Positions 7,418-15,567 of a DNA stretch of 32,000 nt are shown piece after piece (positions within the stretch are counted from its first letter, which is position 1; each line of letters opens with the position of its first letter). Location: assembly GCA_964536865.1 (NCBI GenBank), contig CAZHYN010000014.1, positions 1-32,000 on the forward strand, given 5' to 3'. The notes beneath the pieces are model-generated. The model worked only from the letters and a program-made list of their open reading frames with translations. It did no database searches and was not told where the DNA came from. This stretch comes from an uncultured Planctomycetia bacterium. Lineage in GTDB: Bacteria > Omnitrophota > Gorgyraeia > Duberdicusellales > 4484-171. The translations under genes and the position numbers were made by a program.

Positions 7418-7551
7418 AAAAATATCTTATGTAAATAAAATCTTTGAATTTCAGTCAAATAGAAAAAGTGAAAGAGAAATTTTGGAAACGCTTACAAAAA
7501 AAATTCCCTTCACTCTTTAAAAATCTTTCCAAAATATGGTAAATTTTAAAG

Positions 7552-7626
7552 AGGAAATGGGGGCTCTCTTTTAGAGGGCTCAAAGCCACGGGCCCTCTCC
7601 TCACAAGAGGAGAGGGCTTCGTTTTA
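7552..7626 (+). ncRNA. candidate ~75-nt plus-strand small RNA (putative promoter to terminator)
   Basis: Plus strand: TTTAAA (7516-7521), 18-nt spacer, TGgTAAATT (7537-7545), then a GC-rich segment ending in the hairpin at 7592-7617 plus a T-run. There is no plus-strand gene nearby. Confidence 0.3.
7592..7625 (+). terminator. rho-independent terminator-like hairpin oriented for the plus strand
   Basis: GCCCTCTCCTC-ACAA-GAGGAGAGGGC (11-bp GC-rich stem, 7592-7617) followed by TTCGTTTT. In the minus orientation the 3' flank is CCGUGGCUUUG, a poor U-tract. Confidence 0.55.
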
Positions 7627-7656
7627 TATACTCCAAACTGACTCTAAGTCAGACTT

Positions 7657-7686
7657 TCCGCCTAAGGCGGATCCGCCTATGGCGGA
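7657..7686. repeat. two tandem 15-nt palindromic units, TCCGCCTAAGGCGGA and TCCGCCTATGGCGGA
   Basis: Read directly at 7657-7671 and 7672-7686. Each unit is a 6-bp stem with a 3-nt loop. They are GC-rich in an AT-rich genome. Confidence 0.85.
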
Positions 7687-7694
7687 AAAATGCC

Positions 7695-8309
7695 TCATTT
7701 GAGGTGGTTTAAAATGACAGGAAGAAGCTCTTCCTTGGAGTTTATCTTCTCGATATTTCTTTTCTTATCAATAATAAATGCTTTATATCCTAACTTTATA
7801 CTCTCTAAGCTATTAGCTACTACTAAATCGGTGCCGTTTTCTTTTAAACTCCTGAAAGCTTTGTCAATTATTCCCTCCTCCTCTATTTCTAATTTAAACT
7901 GGACCACAAAAGAATTTTTGGCTAATTTTCTAATTGTTTTAATTATCTTTGGCGCAGGAAAAAGTTTTAAAACTAATTCTTTTCTTTCAGAAGGTATTTT
8001 TCCTTTAAAAGGCTTTTTCAATATATAATCACTTACAGCACAAGCATGGATTATTAGTTGATAGCTATTTTTTTTAAGTTCGCCAACTACCTTATTCTTT
8101 AAATCTTGAAAATATTTAAAGGGCATTATCCTTATTCCTTTAGGAAACTTACTTATGCAATGAGGATTGATGATAAGAGTCGTATGCAAACCTCTCTTTT
8201 TAGCCTCCTGAGCTAAGAATAAAGCAGTCTTACCTGTAAAAATATTAGTTAGAATTCTCACTTCATCAATCTTTACCCAGCTAGCACCACCGGTAATAAG
8301 AACTCTCAT
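7695..8309 (-). CDS. coaB: phosphopantothenate-cysteine ligase (stand-alone CoaB domain)
   Basis: 204-aa ORF with MRVLITGGASWVKIDEVRILTNIFTGKTA and HACAVSDY...GKIPS, the pattern of the DNA/pantothenate-metabolism flavoprotein C-terminal (CoaB) domain. No CoaC domain is attached. Confidence 0.7.
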   Translation of the reverse strand: MRVLITGGASWVKIDEVRILTNIFTGKTALFLAQEAKKRGLHTTLIINPHCISKFPKGIRIMPFKYFQDLKNKVVGELKKNSYQLIIHACAVSDYILKKPFKGKIPSERKELVLKLFPAPKIIKTIRKLAKNSFVVQFKLEIEEEGIIDKAFRSLKENGTDLVVANSLESIKLGYKAFIIDKKRNIEKINSKEELLPVILNHLK

Positions 8310-9043
8310 ATCAAATAATCTGTTTTTATATTCTTTAAAGCGTTAAAAATATTTTTCTTAACATAAGGACAACTTTCTCCAGCTTTTTTTATAATAGCTT
8401 TAACTAATTCCCTTCGGGAATCCTTCCCATAAGAGCACCGATAGTTTGTATAGTCTAGGTTTAACCGATTAGCAAAATTTATAAGATCTTTTTTTTCTAC
8501 ATAACACAGAGGTCTTATTATGGTAAGTCTTCCTTCGAAAAGTTCAATCTTTGGCTTCATTGCACTTACTTCTCCAAAAAAAAGTAAGTTCATAAGAATC
8601 GTTTCCACAATATCATCTAAATGGTGGCCTAAGGCAACTTTATTACAATGAAACTCTTGAGCGGTTTGGAATAACACCTTTCTTCTATTCCAAGAACACC
8701 AAAAACAATTAACGTTGGTATCTTTTAACTCCATCTTTTTCACCACAAAGGGAATATTTTCTCTTTCTAAGTAACCCAAGAGTGCCTTTTTATCAATCTT
8801 TATAAAATTCATATCTATAAAACAGGCTAAAATTTGGAAATCTATAGGGATCCTCCTTTTTCTCATTTTAAGTAGTTTTACTAAACTCAAGCTATCACTT
8901 CCTCCGGATACAGCGACTAAGATCTTATCATTCTTCTCAATCATATTGTAGTCTAAAATAGCTTTACCCATTCTTTTATACACATATTTTATAACTCCTT
9001 TTAAAGGTATTTTCTTATCTTTAAATTCCACTTTGTCTATCAT
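8306..9043 (-). CDS. ttcA: TtcA-family PP-loop ATPase (tRNA thiolation enzyme)
   Basis: 245-aa ORF with VAVSGGSDSLSL (PP-loop SGGxDS), CFWCSWNRR (CxxC) and GHHLDDIVETILMNL. 4-nt overlap with coaB. Confidence 0.65.
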   Translation of the reverse strand: MIDKVEFKDKKIPLKGVIKYVYKRMGKAILDYNMIEKNDKILVAVSGGSDSLSLVKLLKMRKRRIPIDFQILACFIDMNFIKIDKKALLGYLERENIPFVVKKMELKDTNVNCFWCSWNRRKVLFQTAQEFHCNKVALGHHLDDIVETILMNLLFFGEVSAMKPKIELFEGRLTIIRPLCYVEKKDLINFANRLNLDYTNYRCSYGKDSRRELVKAIIKKAGESCPYVKKNIFNALKNIKTDYLI

Positions 9044-9822
9044 TTCCTTTTAATTACTATCTTCTGACCTTCTTTAGCTTTGAAGTAATTCCTAGCTGAT
9101 TTCATCTTTAGGGAAATTTCTAATTTAAAAAATCCCCCTTCTATGAAAAAGGGTTTCTTTTTTTCCTGAAGATAGGAGTCACAGAGTCTTGTTATTTTCT
9201 TTTTATTTAAAAAGGCAACAAAATTTCTGTTTTTAGTAAATTTTTCTAAAGTAACTCTATCTATATTAGTAACTAGATTACCGAAAGAATCTATGTAAAT
9301 AATTTCTCCTATTAAAGTATTCTTTCTGATCTTGGCTTGAGGAAGATCTAACTCTTTGATATCCACAATCCTTCTACCTAATTTTTCTAATTTTATACCC
9401 TTGGATAAATAAGCAGCTATGGGAGCAAATACATCACGGCCATGAAAAGTAGAAGAAATAGGATTTAGAAGATATTTTTTATTCATTATCTCCACAACTT
9501 CTCCTCCACCATCGGCTTCTAAACTAGGGAATAATACTCCATTATCGGGACCAATGAAGTAGTAATTTCTTGTTTTTACTGCTAAAGCCTTACGTTTAGA
9601 ACCTACCCCTGGATCCACAACAACTAAAAAAATAGTACCTTTAGGAAAATATGAAAAAGATGAGTAAAGAAGGAAGGCTGCTTTTTTTACTTTATGAGCT
9701 CCTATCTGATGAGTTATATCAACAATGGTAACTTCAGGATTAATTTTTAAGATAACTCCTTTCATTACTCCAATGAAGTTATCCTCCGTGCCAAAATCAG
9801 TAAGAAGAGCGATAATTTTCAT
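9040..9822 (-). CDS. SAM hydroxide adenosyltransferase / SAM hydrolase (DUF62 family)
   Basis: 260-aa ORF. MKIIALLTDFGTEDNFIGVMKGVI and VVDPGVGS are typical of the DUF62 chlorinase/fluorinase-like family. Confidence 0.8.
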   Translation of the reverse strand: MKIIALLTDFGTEDNFIGVMKGVILKINPEVTIVDITHQIGAHKVKKAAFLLYSSFSYFPKGTIFLVVVDPGVGSKRKALAVKTRNYYFIGPDNGVLFPSLEADGGGEVVEIMNKKYLLNPISSTFHGRDVFAPIAAYLSKGIKLEKLGRRIVDIKELDLPQAKIRKNTLIGEIIYIDSFGNLVTNIDRVTLEKFTKNRNFVAFLNKKKITRLCDSYLQEKKKPFFIEGGFFKLEISLKMKSARNYFKAKEGQKIVIKRK

Positions 9823-9823
9823 T

Positions 9824-10858
9824 TCAAATTAAATACAACTCCTTCAATTTCTTGATGTAACTTTCTGTAGATTTTATTATTTGTTCCATCATTGCCACAA
9901 CTCTGTGAGGATGTTTACCTATGGCCGTCTCTGAAGAAAGTAAAAGATGAGTTGCTCCATCTAAGATAGCATTAGCTACATCACTTACCTCTGCTCGGGT
10001 AGGCAATACTTCCTCTGTCATACTCTCTAACATTTGGGTAGCTACTATTACCGGTTTACCTGCTAATTTACACTTCCTTATAATTTCTTTCTGTATAATA
10101 GGGATCTTATATAAAGGAAGACATATTCCTAAATCTCCTCTAGCAATCAGTATCCCATCAGAGATAGCAATTATTTCATCCAAATTAGTTAGAGCATCTT
10201 TATTTTCTATTTTAGCAAAAATTTTACAAGGAGGATATTTACTAGAGAAGATACTTTTAATTATTTTTATATCTTTAGCTGTTCTCACAAAAGATTGAGC
10301 AAGGCAATCAAATTTATACTGAATAGCTACTTCTAAATCAACTCTATCCTTTTCCGTTAATGAAGGAAAGCTTAACTTTGCTCCTGAAATATTTATACCT
10401 TTTCTCTCCTTTAAAATACCACCCCGAATGACTAAAGCTTTAATACGCCTTTTTTCTACATCTTTTACCTTTAAAATGATTTTTCCATCATCAATGTAGA
10501 TTAAATTACCTTTTTTTATCCCCCTTAAACTGCCTTGATAATCAAAGGGAACCAATTTCTTTTCCCCTAAAGTCTTCTCCTGAGTAAGATAGATAGTTGT
10601 TTTATTTTTTAGTAAAATATTCTCCTTTAACTTTCCTACTCTTATTCGGTACCCTTCTAAATCCTGCATTAGTTTTACAGTCCTTTTAAGCTTCCGATTT
10701 ATTTTTCTTATCAGCTTTACTCTTCTTGTATGTTCCTCTCTTTTACCGTGGGAAAAATTTAACCTTACCATATCTACTCCAGCGACAAACATCTTTCTTA
10801 AGACATCTTCGTCGTCAGTAGAAGGTCCTAGAGTAGCAATTATCTTTGTTCTACTCAT
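9824..10858 (-). CDS. pyk: pyruvate kinase, A+B domains only (no C-terminal allosteric domain)
   Basis: 344-aa ORF with KIIATLGPS, MVRLNFSHG, KIENKDAL, ARGDLG and ATQMLESM. It ends about where the C domain of ~470-aa pyruvate kinases begins. Confidence 0.85.
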   Translation of the reverse strand: MSRTKIIATLGPSTDDEDVLRKMFVAGVDMVRLNFSHGKREEHTRRVKLIRKINRKLKRTVKLMQDLEGYRIRVGKLKENILLKNKTTIYLTQEKTLGEKKLVPFDYQGSLRGIKKGNLIYIDDGKIILKVKDVEKRRIKALVIRGGILKERKGINISGAKLSFPSLTEKDRVDLEVAIQYKFDCLAQSFVRTAKDIKIIKSIFSSKYPPCKIFAKIENKDALTNLDEIIAISDGILIARGDLGICLPLYKIPIIQKEIIRKCKLAGKPVIVATQMLESMTEEVLPTRAEVSDVANAILDGATHLLLSSETAIGKHPHRVVAMMEQIIKSTESYIKKLKELYLI

Positions 10859-12702
10859 ACTGCTCTTCTTCTTGTAGAAGAAAGAATAAGTAATCTTAAC
10901 TGAGATTCATTTTTAGCCCTTTCTAAATTTCGGTAGAAATTATGTTCTCTCACTATTTGAGCTATAGCCATCAAAGCTCGAAGATGAAAATTACGTTCGT
11001 CTTTAGAACCAGCTAAAACGAAAGCAAATTTTACTACTCCTTTAGGAAAATCTATACCTTGGGAAGCCTTTACGATAATAATCTCAAACTTATTTTCTCC
11101 TTCTACTACTATGTGAGGTATGGCTAATCCCTCTTCAAGCACGGTAGTAGAGATTTGTTCTCTCTTTAAGAGAAGTTCTTTTAAGCAGGGTTTTTCTATC
11201 TTTAACCTTTCCTCTAAAATTTGCGCTACCTTCTCAAAAAGTTCTTCATAAGAAATTCTTTCTTCTATAATCATTATAGGGCAGTCCTCTATAACTTTAT
11301 CAAATCTATCCTTAATTACCTTATCTCTTTTATGAATAATCTCTTTTAACTCCTCTTCCAAAGAAGTATCTATTAAATCTTTAGAAGTAATTCTTTCTAC
11401 TAAATGGATTATTGCTGACTGTCTTTTTACTTTCCTCTTTACAACAAAGTAATAAGTAAGGGCACTAAAGATTAGAAATCCTAAACTTATCAAAATGGCG
11501 ACTGCCCCCATTTCTACAATTAAAAAAATGTAGGAAATAATTGCGAAGATTTGGATACCTGGATAAAAAGGAGATTTAAATGTAGGACGGTAATTTATTA
11601 TTCTGCCTTCTCTCATTATGATTACCGCTACATTTGTAAGAATGAAGAGAATAAGCATTAAAGTAGATGCTAACTTTACCAAATTCTCCAAATCTAAAAA
11701 GATAATCAAAATTAGCATAAAGATACCTGTAGTGATAACTGAAATATGAGGGGTACTATATTTTTTGGAAAGTTTAGAAAAAATGTTTGGAAGTAACTTA
11801 TCTTTTGCCATTGCTAAAGGAATACGTGAGGAAGAAAATAATCCCGCATTGGCAGTAGTTAGAAAAGCTATCAAAGCAGAAAATGACATAATTATCCCCA
11901 AAGGAAGACCAGCTAATTTAATTCCTCCATGAGTTAAAGGAGTCAATGTAGAGAGCAATTCACCTTTGGGTAGGATTCCTACAGTTACATAAACTGCACC
12001 TAAATATACAATCTCTACAGCCAAGAAAGAAAGGATCATACCTAAAGGAATGGTACGATGGGGGTCTTTGGTATCTTCAGCTACAGAAGCAACTTTAGTT
12101 AATCCTCCATAGGAGATAAATACCATCCCCGCCACTGCTAAAATCCCCTTAAATCCTCCCTTTAAAAAGGGAGTATAATAATCGAAATTTACTCTATTCA
12201 TCCCTAAAATAATATAAACTCCCAAAGAAAGAAAAAGAAATAAAACTAAGTACCTCTGTAAATTAGCAATCCCTTTAATACTTATTATGTTAAGAAAAAG
12301 AAAAATTAGGCAAAATATACTAGCAACAATTTTTATCTGAAAGTAAGATATGCCCCCAGTTATGTACTCTAAGAATGCTCCTATTCCTACCAAAGCGAAG
12401 GCGCTCTTTAATCCTATTGATAACCAGTTAGCCAAACCAGCAAATATTCCGAAAAAGTATCCTAAACTGCGTTCAATAAAGAAATACGTTCCTCCTGCCT
12501 TAGGCATAGCAGAGGCTAATTCCGCTTTAGAGAATATAGAAGGAATCATAAGGACTCCTGCAACGAAGTAAGAAAATACTATGGAAGGACCTCCTTTGAA
12601 GTAGGCAATACTAGGAAGGATAAAAAGGCCACTGGAAATCATTGCTCCACTAGCAATACAAAAGATGTCGAACAAATTCAGATTCCTTTTTAACTCCCTC
12701 AT
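10855..12702 (-). CDS. APC-family amino-acid/cation permease fused to a C-terminal PTS EIIA(Ntr)-like domain
   Basis: 615-aa ORF. The N-terminal ~420 aa is polytopic permease-like. The C-terminal ~150 aa carries REQISTTVLEEGLAIPH (EIIA type-2 phospho-His motif). Confidence 0.75.
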   Translation of the reverse strand: MRELKRNLNLFDIFCIASGAMISSGLFILPSIAYFKGGPSIVFSYFVAGVLMIPSIFSKAELASAMPKAGGTYFFIERSLGYFFGIFAGLANWLSIGLKSAFALVGIGAFLEYITGGISYFQIKIVASIFCLIFLFLNIISIKGIANLQRYLVLFLFLSLGVYIILGMNRVNFDYYTPFLKGGFKGILAVAGMVFISYGGLTKVASVAEDTKDPHRTIPLGMILSFLAVEIVYLGAVYVTVGILPKGELLSTLTPLTHGGIKLAGLPLGIIMSFSALIAFLTTANAGLFSSSRIPLAMAKDKLLPNIFSKLSKKYSTPHISVITTGIFMLILIIFLDLENLVKLASTLMLILFILTNVAVIIMREGRIINYRPTFKSPFYPGIQIFAIISYIFLIVEMGAVAILISLGFLIFSALTYYFVVKRKVKRQSAIIHLVERITSKDLIDTSLEEELKEIIHKRDKVIKDRFDKVIEDCPIMIIEERISYEELFEKVAQILEERLKIEKPCLKELLLKREQISTTVLEEGLAIPHIVVEGENKFEIIIVKASQGIDFPKGVVKFAFVLAGSKDERNFHLRALMAIAQIVREHNFYRNLERAKNESQLRLLILSSTRRRAV

Positions 12703-12711
12703 TATGGATAT

Positions 12712-12720
12712 ATTATATCA
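12712..12720 (-). promoter_or_regulatory. extended -10 element TGATATAAT, 9 nt upstream of the permease ATG
   Basis: The minus strand reads ccCTGATATAATatatccataATG, inside the 24-nt gap after the addB-like stop. There is no SD. Confidence 0.45.
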
Positions 12721-12726
12721 GGGAAA

Positions 12727-15567
12727 TTATATTTTGCATAAACTAGAAAAAGCACATCTCTCGCAGTATTTTTCATCATCGGCATCGGCTTGAAAAGGAA
12801 TACTGGGATTGAGTATCTCTTGGGCAATAAATTTAAGGGATGGGAGAAAATAGGTATTAATAACTTCCTGACGATCAATATTTCTATCCTTAAAAAGATA
12901 TTCTATCTTTAAATCTTTTAAAAAATATAAGGAAGCATTAAGCTCTATTCCTTTAAGCTCTGGGCTCTGCAAAAGATAAATATATATAGGTAGCTGAAAG
13001 GATACAATTTCTTCTTTAATTTTTTTTCTGTCAGAAGGAAAGGTTAAGTTTTTAATCTTAGGCAAGGATACCGAACTGCCTGTTTTGTAATCTACAATTA
13101 CCATTTCCATCTGATCATCTTTTTGAATTATTTCTGCTCTATCTAAGGTACCTTTTATCTGAAGGGTAATTCCATTCAAAGTCAAAGGCTTAGTGAAAGT
13201 TTTTTCTACAAAAACTATCTCTTTTACTTCTTTTCTGTTTTTTTCTTTTGCCAGAAATTCCCTCAACCTAAAATAAAGAACTTCCTTAAGAAGAAAAGCA
13301 TCACTTTTCATCGTTCTTTCAAAATGCTGATAAAACCTCTCCTCAAATATTTTGAAAAAGAGGTTTTCATATTTTTTATTAAAGGATGGTTGAGAGCCTA
13401 TAAAGTGTGAGTAGAATTCTTTCAAAAGAAGATGAACAAAGTTGCCTATCTCTTTAGATTCACTTTCTTCTAATATATCTTCCCTTTCTTCTAGTCGCAG
13501 TACATAAGCATAAAAAAATCTTAACGGACATCGAAGATATACATCAAAAGATGTAGGAGAATAAATCATTTCATTCTTAAGGTAACGTAGAATGTTTTCG
13601 TTCTTTTTTATAATTTCTTTCTGAGGTTGAAGTTTTATAAAGAAACCCACTCTCTTAGAAGATACAGCCCCTAAAGAGGATCTTCTTTTTTCTTCTTCCC
13701 AGATAATTTCTTCAACAAATCTACTTTTTTCTTTATCTTGAGATTCCTGCCAAATTAGATAAACATTTTCTGCTGACCCAACTACTCTCTTAAAATGATA
13801 CCGTGTAATCTCTTCAGTTCTTTCCAACCTATCTATTCCTAAACTTAGGAAAATCTGGCGAGGAATTAACGGTTCGTATACTTTAACGGCAGGATAAATT
13901 TCTTCATTAACATCCATAACTATTACATTTCTAAACTTTAAAGATCTTGTCTCAAACACTCCTAAAATTTGTAAACCCTTTAAGGGAGAGCCGACAAAAT
14001 TTATAACTTCGTTACGTAAAATCTCTAAGAAAAAATCAAACATCTCTTCTCTTCTTGTTTTCTCATTCATAAAAGAAGCTAACTTTAGTTCTTCAGTTAT
14101 CTCTAAAATTTTTTTAACAACTCCTAAATTAAATGAGTAGAAAGACACAAAGCTAAAATCTATTAGAAAATTAAGAAAATTTTCTAAAATCAGAGAAAGC
14201 TGATAAAAATTTTCCACATTTTCAAAATTACGGAAAAGGAGGTCATGAAATTTTAAGATAATTTCCTTAAGTTTATTTTTTTTAATACTAATAGATAATT
14301 TTTCTAGGGTTTCAATTATTGATGAATGTAAAGCCTGATTTTTTTCTATCTCTTTAAGATCTATAAAGACTCTCTTGCTTAAGGTAACTTCCTCCTCCAT
14401 ACCTAAAAGATATTCCTCAATCTTATGCACTATTACTCTAGTCAACGCAGGTTGATAATCGTCAAACTTTATATTTTTTGTGTAAGGAAAAGTCAAAACT
14501 TTTAAGTAGTCTTTAGTGTAATATAGATTATCTTTTCTTGTTTTCTGAGCTTCGAAAACTGCTCTAATCAAGGCGTAGATAGAGCTACGTTTTAGAGGAT
14601 AACCCAAAGAAACATTAAATTCCTTAATATAAGAAGTTAATTCAGAAAGGAGAGGTACAAGATTATGAGGTTGTGGTAAAATAATTACTGTATCATCAAC
14701 TTTGTTAATCTTTCTTATTATTTCTCTTACTATCCCTACTTGAGAGTGATTATCAAACGCAGAATAAAAATAAAATTTTGGTAGATTGTGATAGTCCTCT
14801 CTCTTAAGAGAATAACCTAAAACTTTTTCTAATTCTTTAAAAGTAGGCCATTCTTCCTTACTTGTATGAAAGAAAAGCACAGCCTTTCCTTTATCTAAAA
14901 GATTCTTAATTATCTCTTTCTCAGAAGCATGAAGGTAAAAGAATCCACAGAAAATTATTTCTTTAAAATCTTCGCAAATCAAATCTTTGGTTAATTGTGA
15001 AGTTAAAAGGTAAGCATATCCTCGAGTGAATTTCCCCCTTTCCCAAAGAATCTTGTGAAAATTTTCTCGAATCTTTTTAATTCGAGAGAGTAAGATGTTA
15101 ATACTTTGAGAAGTTTCATAGCCAATCTCAGCGTTTTTTTCAACTAAATGAAGATCGTCGTCTGTTTTCTTCTCTAAATCTAACTCTTCCAAAAAAAGCA
15201 ACAATTCCTTTATCCAAGGAAAGAATCTACAGAAAGATTCATTTTTCAAAAAATGAGGGACTATCTCTTTACTTAAATTAAACAGAAGATAACTAGCATC
15301 TAAATCAGATATTTTATTTAACTGAGGATATGTTTTTCTCACAATATATTCAATGAATCTATCCATAGAAAATAACTGAGGAGGGAAGAAAGATTGACCT
15401 ATCTTGCTGGCGAGAGATTTTCTTAAGAATAATAATGGGCGCTTGCCTCCAAATACTACAGCAATATTAGATAAATCTTTGTTGGTTCTGTAGTGTTCTT
15501 CGTAGAGATATTCGGCTACTTTCTCTATAATATCCACAGAAAAAGGATAAGTAAAAATTCTATTCAT
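12727..15567 (-). CDS. addB: AddB-like PD-(D/E)XK nuclease subunit with an Fe-S staple
   Basis: 946-aa ORF. The C-terminal part has YLRCPLRFFYAY, VIVDYKTG and YCERCAFSSLC (a C...CxxCx5C cluster around the nuclease). I saw no Walker A motif. Confidence 0.7.
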   Translation of the reverse strand: MNRIFTYPFSVDIIEKVAEYLYEEHYRTNKDLSNIAVVFGGKRPLLFLRKSLASKIGQSFFPPQLFSMDRFIEYIVRKTYPQLNKISDLDASYLLFNLSKEIVPHFLKNESFCRFFPWIKELLLFLEELDLEKKTDDDLHLVEKNAEIGYETSQSINILLSRIKKIRENFHKILWERGKFTRGYAYLLTSQLTKDLICEDFKEIIFCGFFYLHASEKEIIKNLLDKGKAVLFFHTSKEEWPTFKELEKVLGYSLKREDYHNLPKFYFYSAFDNHSQVGIVREIIRKINKVDDTVIILPQPHNLVPLLSELTSYIKEFNVSLGYPLKRSSIYALIRAVFEAQKTRKDNLYYTKDYLKVLTFPYTKNIKFDDYQPALTRVIVHKIEEYLLGMEEEVTLSKRVFIDLKEIEKNQALHSSIIETLEKLSISIKKNKLKEIILKFHDLLFRNFENVENFYQLSLILENFLNFLIDFSFVSFYSFNLGVVKKILEITEELKLASFMNEKTRREEMFDFFLEILRNEVINFVGSPLKGLQILGVFETRSLKFRNVIVMDVNEEIYPAVKVYEPLIPRQIFLSLGIDRLERTEEITRYHFKRVVGSAENVYLIWQESQDKEKSRFVEEIIWEEEKRRSSLGAVSSKRVGFFIKLQPQKEIIKKNENILRYLKNEMIYSPTSFDVYLRCPLRFFYAYVLRLEEREDILEESESKEIGNFVHLLLKEFYSHFIGSQPSFNKKYENLFFKIFEERFYQHFERTMKSDAFLLKEVLYFRLREFLAKEKNRKEVKEIVFVEKTFTKPLTLNGITLQIKGTLDRAEIIQKDDQMEMVIVDYKTGSSVSLPKIKNLTFPSDRKKIKEEIVSFQLPIYIYLLQSPELKGIELNASLYFLKDLKIEYLFKDRNIDRQEVINTYFLPSLKFIAQEILNPSIPFQADADDEKYCERCAFSSLCKI

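Noticed and set aside
7557-7574. Five-codon plus-strand mini-ORF (MGALF*) downstream of the putative plus-strand promoter, as a possible leader peptide
   Set aside because: It is too short, and the GAGG lies only 2-3 nt from the ATG. There is no downstream plus-strand gene to attenuate. I treat it as part of the candidate sRNA rather than as coding.
7555-7690. GC-rich structured patch as a tRNA, SRP (4.5S) RNA or other known housekeeping RNA
   Set aside because: There is no T-loop (GTTCRANYC) or cloverleaf on either strand. Nothing resembles the SRP domain IV motif (GGAAGCAGCC-type). It is too short for RNase P, tmRNA or 6S. A proper cmscan is still needed.
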